64,000 bases of DNA from an uncultured bacterium. Its GTDB lineage: Bacteria > Chlamydiota > Chlamydiia > Chlamydiales > SM23-39. The notes under the pieces were generated by a model, which saw only the letters and a list, made by a program, of their open reading frames with translations, had not been told where the DNA came from and ran no database searches. The stretch is from contig OY970323.1 in assembly GCA_963716985.1 (NCBI GenBank), positions 1,664,001-1,728,000 of the forward strand, written 5' to 3'. Position 1 is the stretch's first letter; every line of letters begins with the position of its first letter. Position numbers and translations under genes: made by a program. Positions 17,849 through 29,195 of this stretch are shown in pieces.

Positions 17849-20448
17849 GCTATCTAAACAGCAGTAGCAGCTCTGACTCCATAGTGTTAGCAAGTGGGGG
17901 AAGCATTCTCACCGTTGGAAACCTCAATAATAATGCAATCATTGTAGGGTCCATTAGTGAGACGACATCAGCTTCGGGTCAATTAACCAAAGTGGGTAGC
18001 GGGAGTTTATCTCTTACGAATACAACTAATTCTTATACTGGCGGGACCAATATCAACGGAGGAACCCTGCAAATCTCCGCTGCGGGCAACATGCCAAGTA
18101 TCGGAGCCATCACGTTTAATGGGGGAGATGTTCTGGATACAATGACAGGTGGTTTTCCGACCCCTTTATTGATTCCTAATGACATGCATTTAATCACCAA
18201 CGGAAAGATCAAGGTGGATACCAACACAACAACTTTGAGTGGGTCTATCTCCCTAGCCGGCTCACTTACAAAAACGGGAACCGGAACTTTGGTGCTTTCC
18301 GGTTCGAATAGTTATAGCGGGGGCACAAATATCAACGGGGGAACCCTGCAAGTCCCAGCTGCTAACGTTATTCCAAGCGGAACCATCACATTCACCGGCC
18401 CATCGACCCTGGCCCTAGATACAGGGTTGGGCGGCTTTGCCATTCCTAACGCTATCACTTTAACTGCAAATGGATCGGTCGATGTGAATACCGGCAACGC
18501 AGGAATTTTGAGTGGGCAAATCACCGGAGTTGGCTTTTCTCTTACAAAAACGGGAAATGGAACTTTGGCCCTTTCCAATAACACGAATAACTATAGCGGG
18601 GGCACAAATATCAACGGGGGAACCCTGCAAGTCTCAGCTGCTAACGTTATTCCAAATACCGGAACGATCACGTTCACCGGCCCATCGACCCTGGACACAC
18701 TGGCGGGCGGCTTTGCCATTCCTAACGCGATCACTTTAACCGCAAATGGCACCGTCAACGTAAATAGCGACACAACAACTTTGAACGGGGCAATCGATGG
18801 AGCCGGCTCTCTTACAAAAACGGGAAATGGAACTTTGTCTCTTTTCGGCACAAATACCTATTTTGGCTCGACAACCATCTCGAACGGAAGGCTCAACGCG
18901 AACAGCACGATTCACTCTCCGGCAGCAGGTGTTGTTGTAAATTCCGGAGCAACTCTTGGAGGAACGGGTACCATCACGGCGAATACCGTAACCATAAATG
19001 GGACTCTGAACCCCGGCAACTCTATAGGAACTCTAAATGTTGTAGGTCCCGTTACTTTGAACTCCTCGTCCAACTACCTGGTAGAGTTCGATGCTGCCAA
19101 TTGCGATCTTTTAAACGTGGCAGGGTCTGTTACGATTCAGCCGGGAGCCTCTGTTACACTGCAAGATGATCAATTTATTGCCAATCCTACCGTTTACCCG
19201 ATTATTACAGCAACAAGCCCTATCTCGGGCACATTTACAACGCTCAATAACTCCTATCTTTTTCTAACGGCCCAGCTCTCTTATTCCGTTGCCGACCAGG
19301 TACTTTTAATATTAAACAGAAAAAGCTTTGCTTCTGGCCTTCCTAGCAATGCTCCATTCAATGCTCTCTCTGTAGGTCTTGCCCTAGATCAGGTAAATCC
19401 CTTTAGCGGCAGCGACCTTGGCAACATCGTAAGTGATTTGATGCTAGCAACAAGCCAAAATGAGTTGATCCACGATCTTTTACAGATGCAGCCCTCCCAG
19501 CTCAAAGCTCTTGGCGTTTCTGCCACCAATACAACAATGCAAATGCATGCGATGATTGCCAATCATGCAGATTCCTATTTCAAGACTCCCTGTTCGTTGA
19601 GCGATAGAAAAAAGTGGGAAGTTTGGATCGATGCATTGGGAAATTTTTCTCATCAATCGCAGTTAAGGGGAGAATATGGATTTCATGATAAGACGGGCAG
19701 CTTTTTAATCGGGATCGATGCTTGCCCGATAAAAAATCTCTGTATTGGCATAGCTACTGCCTATACCTTCACTCATCTGGAATGGAACCGAAATCCATCT
19801 AAGGCAGATATCCAAAACGGCTACGGCATTCTTTATGCCAGCTGGTATTGTAGCCATTTCTTTGTCACATCCTCGCTCACCGGATCTTATGAACATACCA
19901 ATGCAAATCGCAGCATTGTCCTCTACACAAGCGATCTCAGCCGCACGGCCAACAGCTCTTTTTCGGGAGTGCAAGGGAGCGGTTTTTTCGAAATCGGAGG
20001 CATTTTTCGGCAAAACAAGTTTCAATTCATGCCTTTCGCCTCTCTCCATTATTGCTACCTACATCAAGACCATTTTAATGAAAAAGGAGCCATGGGCCTG
20101 AACTTGCAAGTGAAGGAAGCGAATGCAGACCTTCTTCGCAGCGAGGCGGGATTAAAAGTTTCTTATTGCCGCCGGACCAAAGATCGCGAATGGATCCCCA
20201 AACTTGGCGTTTCGGTGATTGAGGACAGCCGTTTTAAAGGCAAATATGGCCATGCAGAGTTTGCAGAAAATCAGGGCGTCTTTTTTACCGTCAAAGGACT
20301 GCGTCCTCAACATATGCTTATTTCTCCCAAAGCAAGCGTTCAGTTAAAGAAGGGCGAACATCTTTCCTGGATTTTGTCCTATGACGGGTTATTTGGAGGA
20401 AAATTCCATGACAATCGCACCGATTTTTCCATGAACTATTCCTTCTAA
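17849..20448 (+). pseudogene. Autotransporter 3' part: passenger with repeated LTKxGxGTLxL..N.YxGGTNINGGTL units plus C-terminal beta-barrel
   Basis: Four passenger-associated transport repeats, NPGNSIGTL, barrel ending ...FSMNYSF; separated from its signal peptide by the IS. Confidence 0.88.
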
Positions 20449-20477
20449 TGTTTCAGGAAAAAATGCGTTAAATAAAA

Positions 20478-22253
20478 TCAGCTTGTCTTGGAGATTTTCG
20501 GGCGATTTTTTTTGATCTCGTCGAACTCTTTGGCCAAAAGAAGAGCTTCTTCGTGAGAACATAGAGCGCTTTGAATCTTTTGGCGCACGGCTTCACGACG
20601 GCTCATCCATTCGCGGTCTGATATCTTCTGCAATGTATGGGTAAAAAACTCTTCTGCTTTCTCAGGATAGACTTTTTTGGACAAGCACTCGGAGAGAAAA
20701 AGCTGATCTTCCGCATTTTTCAGCTCAATGGTCAAGGAGAGAAGATCAAGCGAGCGCTTTTGTTGGAACGCTTCAATGTAAAGAGCAAAAAGTCGTTTGC
20801 AGCTAGGGGTGCGAAAATGCTCTTCCTTTAGGTATTGAATCGCAAGCTCTATGAGCTGTTTTTTTTCCTCTCCCAAAAAAAAGAGAAGGCGCAAAAGATC
20901 GGATTCAAGCACTCGGTCGGGATCAAACTCCCCCGTCGTCACGTGATCCATTTTCTTTAAAAAGAGGTGGGGCGCCGCCTCTTCGTTCTGAAGGAGCATC
21001 GCCTCGGGCATTTGGGTCAAATGCGCCAGTTTCTTTAGACTTTCATGCACCATCAGCGGCAGGTCCCATTCGCGGATCTTTTTGGCAAGAAATTGCACCA
21101 TCTCGGCTTTTGCAGCGGGAGAGCCCATGTTGGTGGTTTTTGCATATTTTCCTACAAGAAAGGTCAGATAGTCCAAGCTATTATCTAGGTAGCTTTGCCA
21201 CGCCTCCGGCCCCTCGTCTCGCAGGATGAGATCGGGATCTTTTTTCTCCGGCAGCGCAAGAACAAACACCTCGATTGCTTTTTTCTGAAAGAGATTGCCT
21301 ACCTTGGCAGCAGCCTCCTGTCCGGCACTATCGCCATCAAAGGCAAGATAGACGCGGCTCACACCTAAATGGATCAGCTCTTCTGCATGTTCTTGGGTGA
21401 AAGCAGTTCCCTGCGAGGCGATCGTATCGTTAAATCCTGCATGGATCAAACGCATGGCATCGATCTGTCCTTCGACAATAATCGCCTGCCGCTCCTTCGC
21501 AATCCTTCTGCGGGAATAGTTCAAGCCGAAAAGAATTTTCGATTTTTTAAAAAGCAGTGTTTCGGAAGTGTTGATGTATTTCGGACCAAAAGTCTCTTCT
21601 TGAAATTTTCGTGCGGTGAATCCCACTACAGCACCCATCGCGTCCCGAATGGGAATCAAGATGCGCTCTTGAAAAAAATCTCTTCCCGAAGGATGGACAA
21701 GGCCTGCTTCTTCTAAAAGCTCGCGCCTCACTTTTTGTAGGGCCATCGTTCGTTGAAAAAGAGAGGGATCTTTCGGTGCATATCCGATTTGGAAGGCCGT
21801 TAAAAATTCCAGATCGATTCCCCGCTCAAAGAGATAGGAAAGGGCCGGCCTTGCCTCTTCGCTATGAAGGAGAAGAAAATGAAAAAAAACAAGAGCTTTT
21901 TCATTGACCTCTTTGAGAGCGGTTTTTTTTTGCGCTTCCTCATCCTTTTGGCCCTGCACCATTTCCAGAGAAACCTGAAACCTCTCCGCTAAATATTCCA
22001 CCGATTCCAAAAAACTCATCTTTTGATGATTCATAAGAAAGTGGATCGCGTCGCCATGCGCGCCGCATCCATAGCAATGATAATGATCATCTCCTCTCTG
22101 GATCATGAAGGAGGGCGTCCTCTCCTCGTGAAAGGGACAGCAAGCTTTAAAAAAAGCTCCAGCCTTGGAAAATGGGACATAGGGAGAGAGCACCTCGACC
22201 AGATCGATCCGCTGTCGAAGACGCTCTAAGCTCTCTTTTGTAAAAATGGGCAT
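20478..22253 (-). CDS. dnaG: DNA primase
   Basis: CPFHEERTPSF..CYGC zinc finger, KYINTSET, VEGQID, FDGDSAG, KDPD. Confidence 0.97.
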   Translation of the reverse strand: MPIFTKESLERLRQRIDLVEVLSPYVPFSKAGAFFKACCPFHEERTPSFMIQRGDDHYHCYGCGAHGDAIHFLMNHQKMSFLESVEYLAERFQVSLEMVQGQKDEEAQKKTALKEVNEKALVFFHFLLLHSEEARPALSYLFERGIDLEFLTAFQIGYAPKDPSLFQRTMALQKVRRELLEEAGLVHPSGRDFFQERILIPIRDAMGAVVGFTARKFQEETFGPKYINTSETLLFKKSKILFGLNYSRRRIAKERQAIIVEGQIDAMRLIHAGFNDTIASQGTAFTQEHAEELIHLGVSRVYLAFDGDSAGQEAAAKVGNLFQKKAIEVFVLALPEKKDPDLILRDEGPEAWQSYLDNSLDYLTFLVGKYAKTTNMGSPAAKAEMVQFLAKKIREWDLPLMVHESLKKLAHLTQMPEAMLLQNEEAAPHLFLKKMDHVTTGEFDPDRVLESDLLRLLFFLGEEKKQLIELAIQYLKEEHFRTPSCKRLFALYIEAFQQKRSLDLLSLTIELKNAEDQLFLSECLSKKVYPEKAEEFFTHTLQKISDREWMSRREAVRQKIQSALCSHEEALLLAKEFDEIKKNRPKISKTS

Positions 22254-22259
22254 AAAAAC

Positions 22260-23036
22260 CTAAAAGCTCTTGTGAACATAGGACGCTCGCCTATAGGTTA
22301 TTCTTTGCCATCCATGATTTTTCATAAAGCTATAAACTCTCTTTTCAAACACATCGCCTCTCGGGAAATGCGCTGCATCTTCTCGTAATTCCCCATAGAT
22401 GGGTCGTTGAAAATCTTTTGCCAAAACTAAAAACATCTGATCGGAAAAACCGCTTTTCGACACAAAGAAGTCCCCATCTTTAGTACAGCTCTCTTTTTCC
22501 GCTTCTTCATATCGCTCATTCCAGGTCAAGTTGGCGACCTTATATTTTTTGACCTTCTCCATCTTTTCCAGAGCCGGCTCGATCCATAAAGCTTTTTGAT
22601 CCAAAGTAACGTCTCCCGTCATGTAGAGAAGATAATCGCTTTGGCAAAAGTAGATGGCGCTTAAAGGGGCGAGAGCATTGTAATAAATCCAGGAGGGGGT
22701 CACATCTTTGTAATGACCGGCATCGCTCCCCATCCGAAAGTCCGATTGTTGGAGTTGAAAAAAATCCAAAATCTTTTTTTCATTTGGCCGGGACAAGTAG
22801 ATATGAGTGAGAATTCCTCTCTGTTGCAACTTTCGTGCATGAGAAAGCACTCGTTCTTCATCGCTTACGTTGTTGATAATCAAGATCTTTTCTTGAAAAG
22901 AAAACCCATGATTTTCGATCATTTTTTTGGCCAAATACTCTTCATCCAACAGAATTTTTTCCCAGTCTGCTTCCCAGCAAGAGGTGGCAAAAGAGACGCT
23001 TTTTGAATTTTTTTCTTTTCGAAAAAAACTCCACAT
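22260..23036 (-). CDS. Hypothetical protein
   Basis: 258-aa ORF directly upstream of and co-oriented with dnaG; no motif recognised with certainty. Confidence 0.75.
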   Translation of the reverse strand: MWSFFRKEKNSKSVSFATSCWEADWEKILLDEEYLAKKMIENHGFSFQEKILIINNVSDEERVLSHARKLQQRGILTHIYLSRPNEKKILDFFQLQQSDFRMGSDAGHYKDVTPSWIYYNALAPLSAIYFCQSDYLLYMTGDVTLDQKALWIEPALEKMEKVKKYKVANLTWNERYEEAEKESCTKDGDFFVSKSGFSDQMFLVLAKDFQRPIYGELREDAAHFPRGDVFEKRVYSFMKNHGWQRITYRRASYVHKSF

Positions 23037-23106
23037 AGAAAACTTCCTTTAGGAGTATTTTAACATGCGCTACTCTCAAAAGCAAAAAAAGGTTTTTTTT
23101 CAGGCC

Positions 23107-25704
23107 ATGGAAACCACCACAACTCCCTTGATGCAGCAGTGGCAGTCTTGCAAAACCCAGGCAAAAGATGCCCTTCTTCTCTTTCGTCTGGGCGACTTTT
23201 ACGAAGCTTTTTATGAAGATGCCAAACTGCTTTCCAAAGAGCTCAGCTTAACGCTCACGCACAGACAAGACTCTCCGATGTGCGGAGTGCCTTTCCATGC
23301 GGTCGACCATTATATCGACAAGCTCATCGCGAAAGGATTTAAAATCGCTATCGCCGAACAGATGGAAGATCCCAAGAAAGGAAAAGCCCTCGTCAGGCGT
23401 GATATCGTCCGCATCATCACTCCGGGAACGATTGTCGAATCGCGCCTTCTTTCGGAAAAAAACAATAATTTTTTCCTCTCATTAAGTCAGATCGGAAAAA
23501 CCTTTGGGCTTGCGATCATCGATCTGACAACGGCCGAGTTTCGCGTATTGGAAATAGAGGAAGAGAAAGATCTTTTGACCGAGCTTTTGCGCTGGAAGCC
23601 CTCCGAATTGATCGTCTCGAAAAAATTTGTGCAAAGCCACCCTTCGTTTTTTTCTGAGCTTTCCTACGCCTTTGCCTTTCTATTGAATACGAAAGAAGAG
23701 TTCCATTTCGATTTGAGGATGACTACAGAAACTCTTATTTCTCATTTTCAGCTGCAAACCTTGGATGGGCTTGGCCTCGGAGGCATGAACGCTGCCATCG
23801 AAGCTGCCGGCGCCCTTTTATCCCACCTTTCGGAAGAGCTCCACGTCAACCTCTCTCACATCCGCCATCTCCAGATAGAAGAAGTCTCTTCCTATATGTC
23901 GCTCGATTACTCCTGCATGAAAAATCTCGAGCTCTTCGACTCTCTCTCCTCCGACAAAAAAAACACCTTGATCCATTTTCTCGACCAGACAGCCACTCCA
24001 ATGGGAGGAAGAAAACTTCGCCAGTGGCTCCACTCTCCTCTTCTTTCCATAGAGGATATTAGAAAAAGAGAAGATGCCATCGAAGAACTTTTGCAAAAAG
24101 AAGATCTCCTCGGCTCGCTCCCCTCGCTTCTCGATCCGATCAAAGATTTGGAAAGACTCAACATGAAAATCTGCAGCCGCATGGAATCTCCAAGGGATAT
24201 GACCTCTCTTCGCACTTCTTTAGAAGCGCTGCCCGGATTAAAAAAGGCCCTCTCCTCGCTCTGCTCTTCGCTTGTTCGGCAAGGAGTGGAAAAGCTTTTC
24301 GATCTCACCCCTCTTACAGAAATGATGAAAAAAATGCTGGCAGACCTTCCTCCTCTTCGCCTGTCCGAAGGGGATGTGATCCGCGACGGCGCCGATGCCC
24401 GCTTGGACGAGCTGCGCCTCATTTGCCGCGACAGCCGCAGTTGGATCGCCTCTTATCAAAACCAACTCCGGGAAGAAACCTCTATCAAGAATTTGAAAGT
24501 AGGATTTACGAAGATTTTTGGCTATTTCATCGAAGTGAGCCGCGGACAAACGGATAAGATCCCCCCCTCCTTTCAAAGAAGGCAAACGCTCTCTACGGCA
24601 GAGCGCTACTGCACGGAAGAACTGAAATCCTTCGAACAAAAAATCCTCACGTCTGAGGAAAGAAGCCTTGCCCTCGAGTCCTCGATTTATCAGCAGATTC
24701 GAGAAAAGGTTGCTAAGCATTTCGAAGAAATCTCTCAAATAGCCAGCGCTATCTCTTTGATCGATGCTCTTTTTGCTTTGGCGCTCATCGCCAAAAAGCA
24801 TCATTATACGCGGCCCATTGTAGACGAAGGCCATCTTCTGCAAATCAAAAATGGCCGCCACCCCATCATCGAGTCTTGCCTTGCTTCTTCAAAGTTCATC
24901 CCCAACGACACCCTGATGGACGGCGAAGAGAATCAGCTCTTTTTAATCACAGGTCCTAACATGGCGGGAAAATCCACCTACATCCGCCAGGTCGCGCTCA
25001 TTGTCATTCTTGCCCAGATAGGATCTTTTGTCCCGGCTGCATTTGCCCATGTCGGGATTGTCGACAAACTTTTTTCCAGAATCGGCGCTACCGACGACAT
25101 CGCCAAGGGACAATCCACATTCATGGTAGAAATGACCGAAACCGCCAATATACTCAATAACGCCACATCAAGGTCTCTTGTCCTGCTTGACGAGGTAGGA
25201 AGAGGAACCAGCACCTACGATGGAATTTCCATTGCTTGGGCGGTTGCGGAATTTCTTTTAACCACACCGGGAAAAAAAGCAAAAACCCTTTTTGCAACCC
25301 ATTATTGGGAACTCACCCATCTGGAGGGAAACATTCCGGGTGCCGTCAACTATAACGTCGCAGTGGAGGAAACATCTTCGGGCATTGTCTTTCTTCGCAA
25401 GATTGTGCGCGGGGGGACGGACAAAAGCTATGGCCTCCACGTAGCGAAATTGGCAGGAATCCCTCCAACCGCCCTCAAACGAGCCGAAGCTATGCTCGCA
25501 ACTCTGGAAAAACAGTCCAGCCGTCCACAGAAATTCGATTGCAAAAAAACAAAAAACGAGGAACAGCTCTCCCTTTTTTCTCCCGACGCTTTTTTCTTGT
25601 CCGAACTCAAAGAAACAATCAAGCGGATCGACTTAGATCGCACATCCCCCATCCAAGCCCATCAGAAACTCTTGGAGCTCCAACAAAAAGTTTCCCAACT
25701 TTGA
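23107..25704 (+). CDS. mutS: DNA mismatch repair protein MutS
   Basis: TPLMQQW, FRLGDFYE, GPNMAGKSTY, QSTFMVEM, DEVGRGTS, SYGLHVA. Confidence 0.98.
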   Translation: METTTTPLMQQWQSCKTQAKDALLLFRLGDFYEAFYEDAKLLSKELSLTLTHRQDSPMCGVPFHAVDHYIDKLIAKGFKIAIAEQMEDPKKGKALVRRDIVRIITPGTIVESRLLSEKNNNFFLSLSQIGKTFGLAIIDLTTAEFRVLEIEEEKDLLTELLRWKPSELIVSKKFVQSHPSFFSELSYAFAFLLNTKEEFHFDLRMTTETLISHFQLQTLDGLGLGGMNAAIEAAGALLSHLSEELHVNLSHIRHLQIEEVSSYMSLDYSCMKNLELFDSLSSDKKNTLIHFLDQTATPMGGRKLRQWLHSPLLSIEDIRKREDAIEELLQKEDLLGSLPSLLDPIKDLERLNMKICSRMESPRDMTSLRTSLEALPGLKKALSSLCSSLVRQGVEKLFDLTPLTEMMKKMLADLPPLRLSEGDVIRDGADARLDELRLICRDSRSWIASYQNQLREETSIKNLKVGFTKIFGYFIEVSRGQTDKIPPSFQRRQTLSTAERYCTEELKSFEQKILTSEERSLALESSIYQQIREKVAKHFEEISQIASAISLIDALFALALIAKKHHYTRPIVDEGHLLQIKNGRHPIIESCLASSKFIPNDTLMDGEENQLFLITGPNMAGKSTYIRQVALIVILAQIGSFVPAAFAHVGIVDKLFSRIGATDDIAKGQSTFMVEMTETANILNNATSRSLVLLDEVGRGTSTYDGISIAWAVAEFLLTTPGKKAKTLFATHYWELTHLEGNIPGAVNYNVAVEETSSGIVFLRKIVRGGTDKSYGLHVAKLAGIPPTALKRAEAMLATLEKQSSRPQKFDCKKTKNEEQLSLFSPDAFFLSELKETIKRIDLDRTSPIQAHQKLLELQQKVSQL

Positions 25705-25737
25705 TCTCTATGCTATACAAAACTTGAAAGGCATGAT

Positions 25738-27531
25738 ATGAACCACCATTTTCCTCTCTCTTCTTATCCGAAAGAGACGGGCATCTATCTCATGAAGGAT
25801 GCGCGCGGGAATGTTCTCTATGTTGGCAAAGCGAAAAATATTCAGAGTCGGTTAAAGCAATATTTTTCCAACACCGATCTCAGGCCCCAGATTACCCCCC
25901 TCCTTGCCCAAGTAACCTCTATCGAAACACTCATCGTCCCAACGGAAAAAGAGGCCCTTCTCCTCGAAAACAACCTCATCAAAAAATACCAACCCAAATA
26001 TAACATCCTTCTTAAAGATGATAAAACCTATGTTTCTCTTCTATTGACAAAACACACCTATCCGCGCCTAACCATCATTCGTCTTCATAAAAACCAAAAA
26101 ACAAAGGGCGAGCTCTTTGGACCCTACACAAGTGCAAAAGCCGCAAGAGAAGTTTTCGACCTTGTTTTGCACCTCTTTCCATTGCGGCAATGCTCGGATC
26201 CGGAACTGATCAATCGAACCCGTCCCTGTATCCTCTATGAAATGAAAAAATGCCTCGCCCCCTGCACGAAAAAATGCACGGAAAAAGAATATGATGCGAA
26301 AGTTGCAGAGGTAGCCTCCTTTCTCAAAGGGCAGAACAAAAACCTTCTACGATCCCTAAAAAAAGAGATGAAAATCGCATCTGAAAAGCTTCAATTTGAA
26401 AAGGCGCACCTCCTTTTACAGAAAATACGCATGATCGAGCATATTTTGGCCTCTCAGCATGTACAAACACACACACGAGAAAGCATTGATGTTCTGGGAC
26501 TTTATCAAGAGGGAAGTTCCTTTCTCATTGCCAAACTCTTGTATCGCGAAGGAAAGCTCATTGCATCGGAGCATTTTAGCTTTTCTAACATCCTCTCTAA
26601 GTCCGATGAACTTTTAGAATCGTTTCTATTGCAGCATTACCAGAAAGACCTTCCTAAAAAAATTCTCCTGCCCCTTTCCATTTTCCACAAGAAAGAGATC
26701 GAAGAGATCTTCCTTGCACAAAATCAGATCATCCAGATCCTTACTCCTCAAAAAGGACCTAAGAAAGAACTCATCTCCATTGCCAATCAAAATGCGAAAA
26801 GCCTTTTTGAGGGAGAAAAGAACCTCCTTTGCCATTACGAAAAACTCCTTCTATCTTTACAAGAAGAGCTCTCTTTGACCCATTTCCCAAAAAAAATACT
26901 CTGTTTCGACGTTGCCCATATGCAGGGGAAAGAGGTTGTCGGCGGAATGGTCACATACATCGACGGAAAAAGAGAGAAAAAGCAGACCAAGATTTTTTCC
27001 ATTAAAATCGATGAAAAAGGAGATATCCCTTCCCTTCGCCACATCCTTTTACGCGCCCTTTCCAAAGAAAAAGAGCTGCCCGATCTATTGCTCCTCGACG
27101 GAGGCAGAGCCCAGCTCAATGCAGCCCTTGACGTGCTCAAAGAACTAAACATCATCTCCATCGATGCGATCGCGATTGCTAAAGAAGAGGGACGGCATGA
27201 CCAAGGATTAAGAGCAGAAAAAATCTACCTTGCGAATCAAAAAGATCCTCTTTTTCTACCCGTTCGATCGCCCCTGCTTTTCTTTTTGCAAAAAATTCGG
27301 GACGAAACTCACCGACTGGCCATCTCCTTCCATCGAAAAACGCGGCAAAAAAAATGGACCGCCACTCTTCTTGATGAAATCAAGGGAATCGGACCGATCA
27401 AAAAAAGACGGCTTCTTTCCCATTTCAAAAGCATCGAAAATCTGAAAAAAGCACCATTCGAAGAGCTGCAATCCATTCAAGGGCTGACAAAAAAAGACTT
27501 AAGAGTCTTAACAAATTTGTTCAAAAAATAA
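25738..27531 (+). CDS. uvrC: Excinuclease ABC subunit C
   Basis: GIY..YVGKAKN GIY-YIG, KDDKTY, PDLLLLDGG..QL, IRDETHR, HhH GIG. Confidence 0.97.
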   Translation: MNHHFPLSSYPKETGIYLMKDARGNVLYVGKAKNIQSRLKQYFSNTDLRPQITPLLAQVTSIETLIVPTEKEALLLENNLIKKYQPKYNILLKDDKTYVSLLLTKHTYPRLTIIRLHKNQKTKGELFGPYTSAKAAREVFDLVLHLFPLRQCSDPELINRTRPCILYEMKKCLAPCTKKCTEKEYDAKVAEVASFLKGQNKNLLRSLKKEMKIASEKLQFEKAHLLLQKIRMIEHILASQHVQTHTRESIDVLGLYQEGSSFLIAKLLYREGKLIASEHFSFSNILSKSDELLESFLLQHYQKDLPKKILLPLSIFHKKEIEEIFLAQNQIIQILTPQKGPKKELISIANQNAKSLFEGEKNLLCHYEKLLLSLQEELSLTHFPKKILCFDVAHMQGKEVVGGMVTYIDGKREKKQTKIFSIKIDEKGDIPSLRHILLRALSKEKELPDLLLLDGGRAQLNAALDVLKELNIISIDAIAIAKEEGRHDQGLRAEKIYLANQKDPLFLPVRSPLLFFLQKIRDETHRLAISFHRKTRQKKWTATLLDEIKGIGPIKKRRLLSHFKSIENLKKAPFEELQSIQGLTKKDLRVLTNLFKK

Positions 27532-27575
27532 CGTCAGGGAATTTCTGAGTGGGATCAAAAGCAAACTTCTTAAGA

Positions 27576-27615
27576 CAAAAAAAAGGCTTAAAGTGCATTT
27601 TACTTTAAGCCTTTT
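27576..27615. terminator. Bidirectional intrinsic terminator between uvrC and porin 1
   Basis: AAAAAAAGGCTTAAAGT-GCATTTT-ACTTTAAGCCTTTT. Confidence 0.8.
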
Positions 27616-27630
27616 GAATTTTTTCAACTG

Positions 27631-28803
27631 TTAGAAGCTCAAATCAGAACGGAACGTTATACCCTGGATCTCTATTGGAAATTGAACTTCTCGATTGATA
27701 TCAAAATGTGCCTGATTCCACCAATAATTTAATTCCCAACCAAGATTGAATCCCCAATACATGCTTTCTTTGTTGAAGCAGATGCCCCAATCCATTCCTA
27801 AGATCAATTGGACATTTGGAGCAAACGCATTCTCAGAACTGCGCATAACGCCAGTTTCTTGAAGAGGTCCCGCAACAGAAGTCGAAAAATAATGCTCGGC
27901 TATTTTCAATTTTCCATAAAGAAGCGATCCGGTAATGAGTCCTGTAAAACCAAAGTTATGAGGAAATGTCCACTTCCCATCTATTCCAATTCTTGGACCA
28001 AAGCCCCAAAAATCATTCGAAATGTGATAGGAATCATAACGATTGAGAACGGCAACCGTCTGGCCAAAATGAGTATTCATGGATTGATCCAAAGAGGCAA
28101 AACGCAATCCCAAAATGGGTTGCAAGGCAAGCGCCTTTGTAATGTAAAAATCTCTTGCCAGTTGAAGATCTCCTACATTATGGTTCAATCTCCATTTGGC
28201 AGAGAGTGTTCTAAAAACTCCCGCAGGTGCATTGAATATGTAGGCTGCATTTGGCTGAATGCCAAGATTGACAGTCGATAACCCGACAGTATATGTCGCA
28301 AAATCACGTGCAATAAGGCTTTTACAGCCATCCAATCGAATCCATGTATAAATTCCTTGAACATTCCAATGATCATATCCGGAATTATATCCGGCCCCTA
28401 CACGAATTCCGGGGCTCCAATCAAAATGCACTTCATCCGGTTTTAGATTCGTATATACTTGTGCACTTGGTGTTTGATAGGGAGACCTATATTCAAAGGC
28501 AACAGTCCATCCATGATTAAATGCCTTCCAGTAAAGAAGGCTAATATCCGTAAAGTATCCTACACTTCCTGCACATCCAAATGCAGGTGGATTATTTCCA
28601 CCAAGAACATCGGAAACTTTCTTTTCAGAAATCTGATCCAACTTTCGTTCCACACATTCTAATCTTCTCGAAATTTCACTGGCAGCCGGCCGGCCAAAAG
28701 CTTGAGACAAAGATGGAGCATCTCCTTCCTTTTGCTCTGCAAAACCAGAGCTCATCAAAAGAACCCCTCCAAGGGTCCAAATAAATTTAGAACTTATACC
28801 CAT
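27631..28803 (-). CDS. MOMP-like / Lpg1974-family outer membrane beta-barrel protein (paralogue 1)
   Basis: Signal peptide, short coiled coil, LLYWKA, PGIRVGAGY, GFGPRIG, GWELNYWWNQ, C-terminal F. Confidence 0.8.
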   Translation of the reverse strand: MGISSKFIWTLGGVLLMSSGFAEQKEGDAPSLSQAFGRPAASEISRRLECVERKLDQISEKKVSDVLGGNNPPAFGCAGSVGYFTDISLLYWKAFNHGWTVAFEYRSPYQTPSAQVYTNLKPDEVHFDWSPGIRVGAGYNSGYDHWNVQGIYTWIRLDGCKSLIARDFATYTVGLSTVNLGIQPNAAYIFNAPAGVFRTLSAKWRLNHNVGDLQLARDFYITKALALQPILGLRFASLDQSMNTHFGQTVAVLNRYDSYHISNDFWGFGPRIGIDGKWTFPHNFGFTGLITGSLLYGKLKIAEHYFSTSVAGPLQETGVMRSSENAFAPNVQLILGMDWGICFNKESMYWGFNLGWELNYWWNQAHFDINREVQFPIEIQGITFRSDLSF

Positions 28804-29139
28804 GCCAAAACTCCTCTACATGCTTTTTCCCTATTCTAATCAGATTTTCTTTAAAAAATATATTAATATCATTGAATTTGATAAAAATTTTATATCTTTC
28901 TCCATTCTGACTAGCGCTAGTCGTTAATTTTCAATGACTTGCAAATTGCCTTGCACACCTTGAAATCCGTGCATTTGTTTGTCTGATAGCTCTGGAGTAA
29001 TATTTTCCACGGAAGGAGTGATTTTGGCCTTCCCGGAAATAAAGGAGAAATTCTCCGGTTGAACAGCCACTCATCCGGCCGAGGCATTTGGTAGATTGGG
29101 ATGCATGCAAAGGCCCCCATCTCCTGCTCTCCCAAAAAC

Positions 29140-29172
29140 AAAAAAGGCCTAAGGAACCCCCTTAGGCCTTTT
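29140..29172 (-). terminator. Intrinsic terminator of porin 2
   Basis: AAAAAAGGCCTAAGG-loop-CCTTAGGCCTTTT, paralogous to the 27576 hairpin. Confidence 0.75.
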
Positions 29173-29195
29173 GGAATTTTACAACTGTGCAACGG

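Noticed and set aside
28917..29192. 91-aa ORF between porins 1 and 2
   Set aside because: It runs through the terminator hairpin and has no protein-like features.
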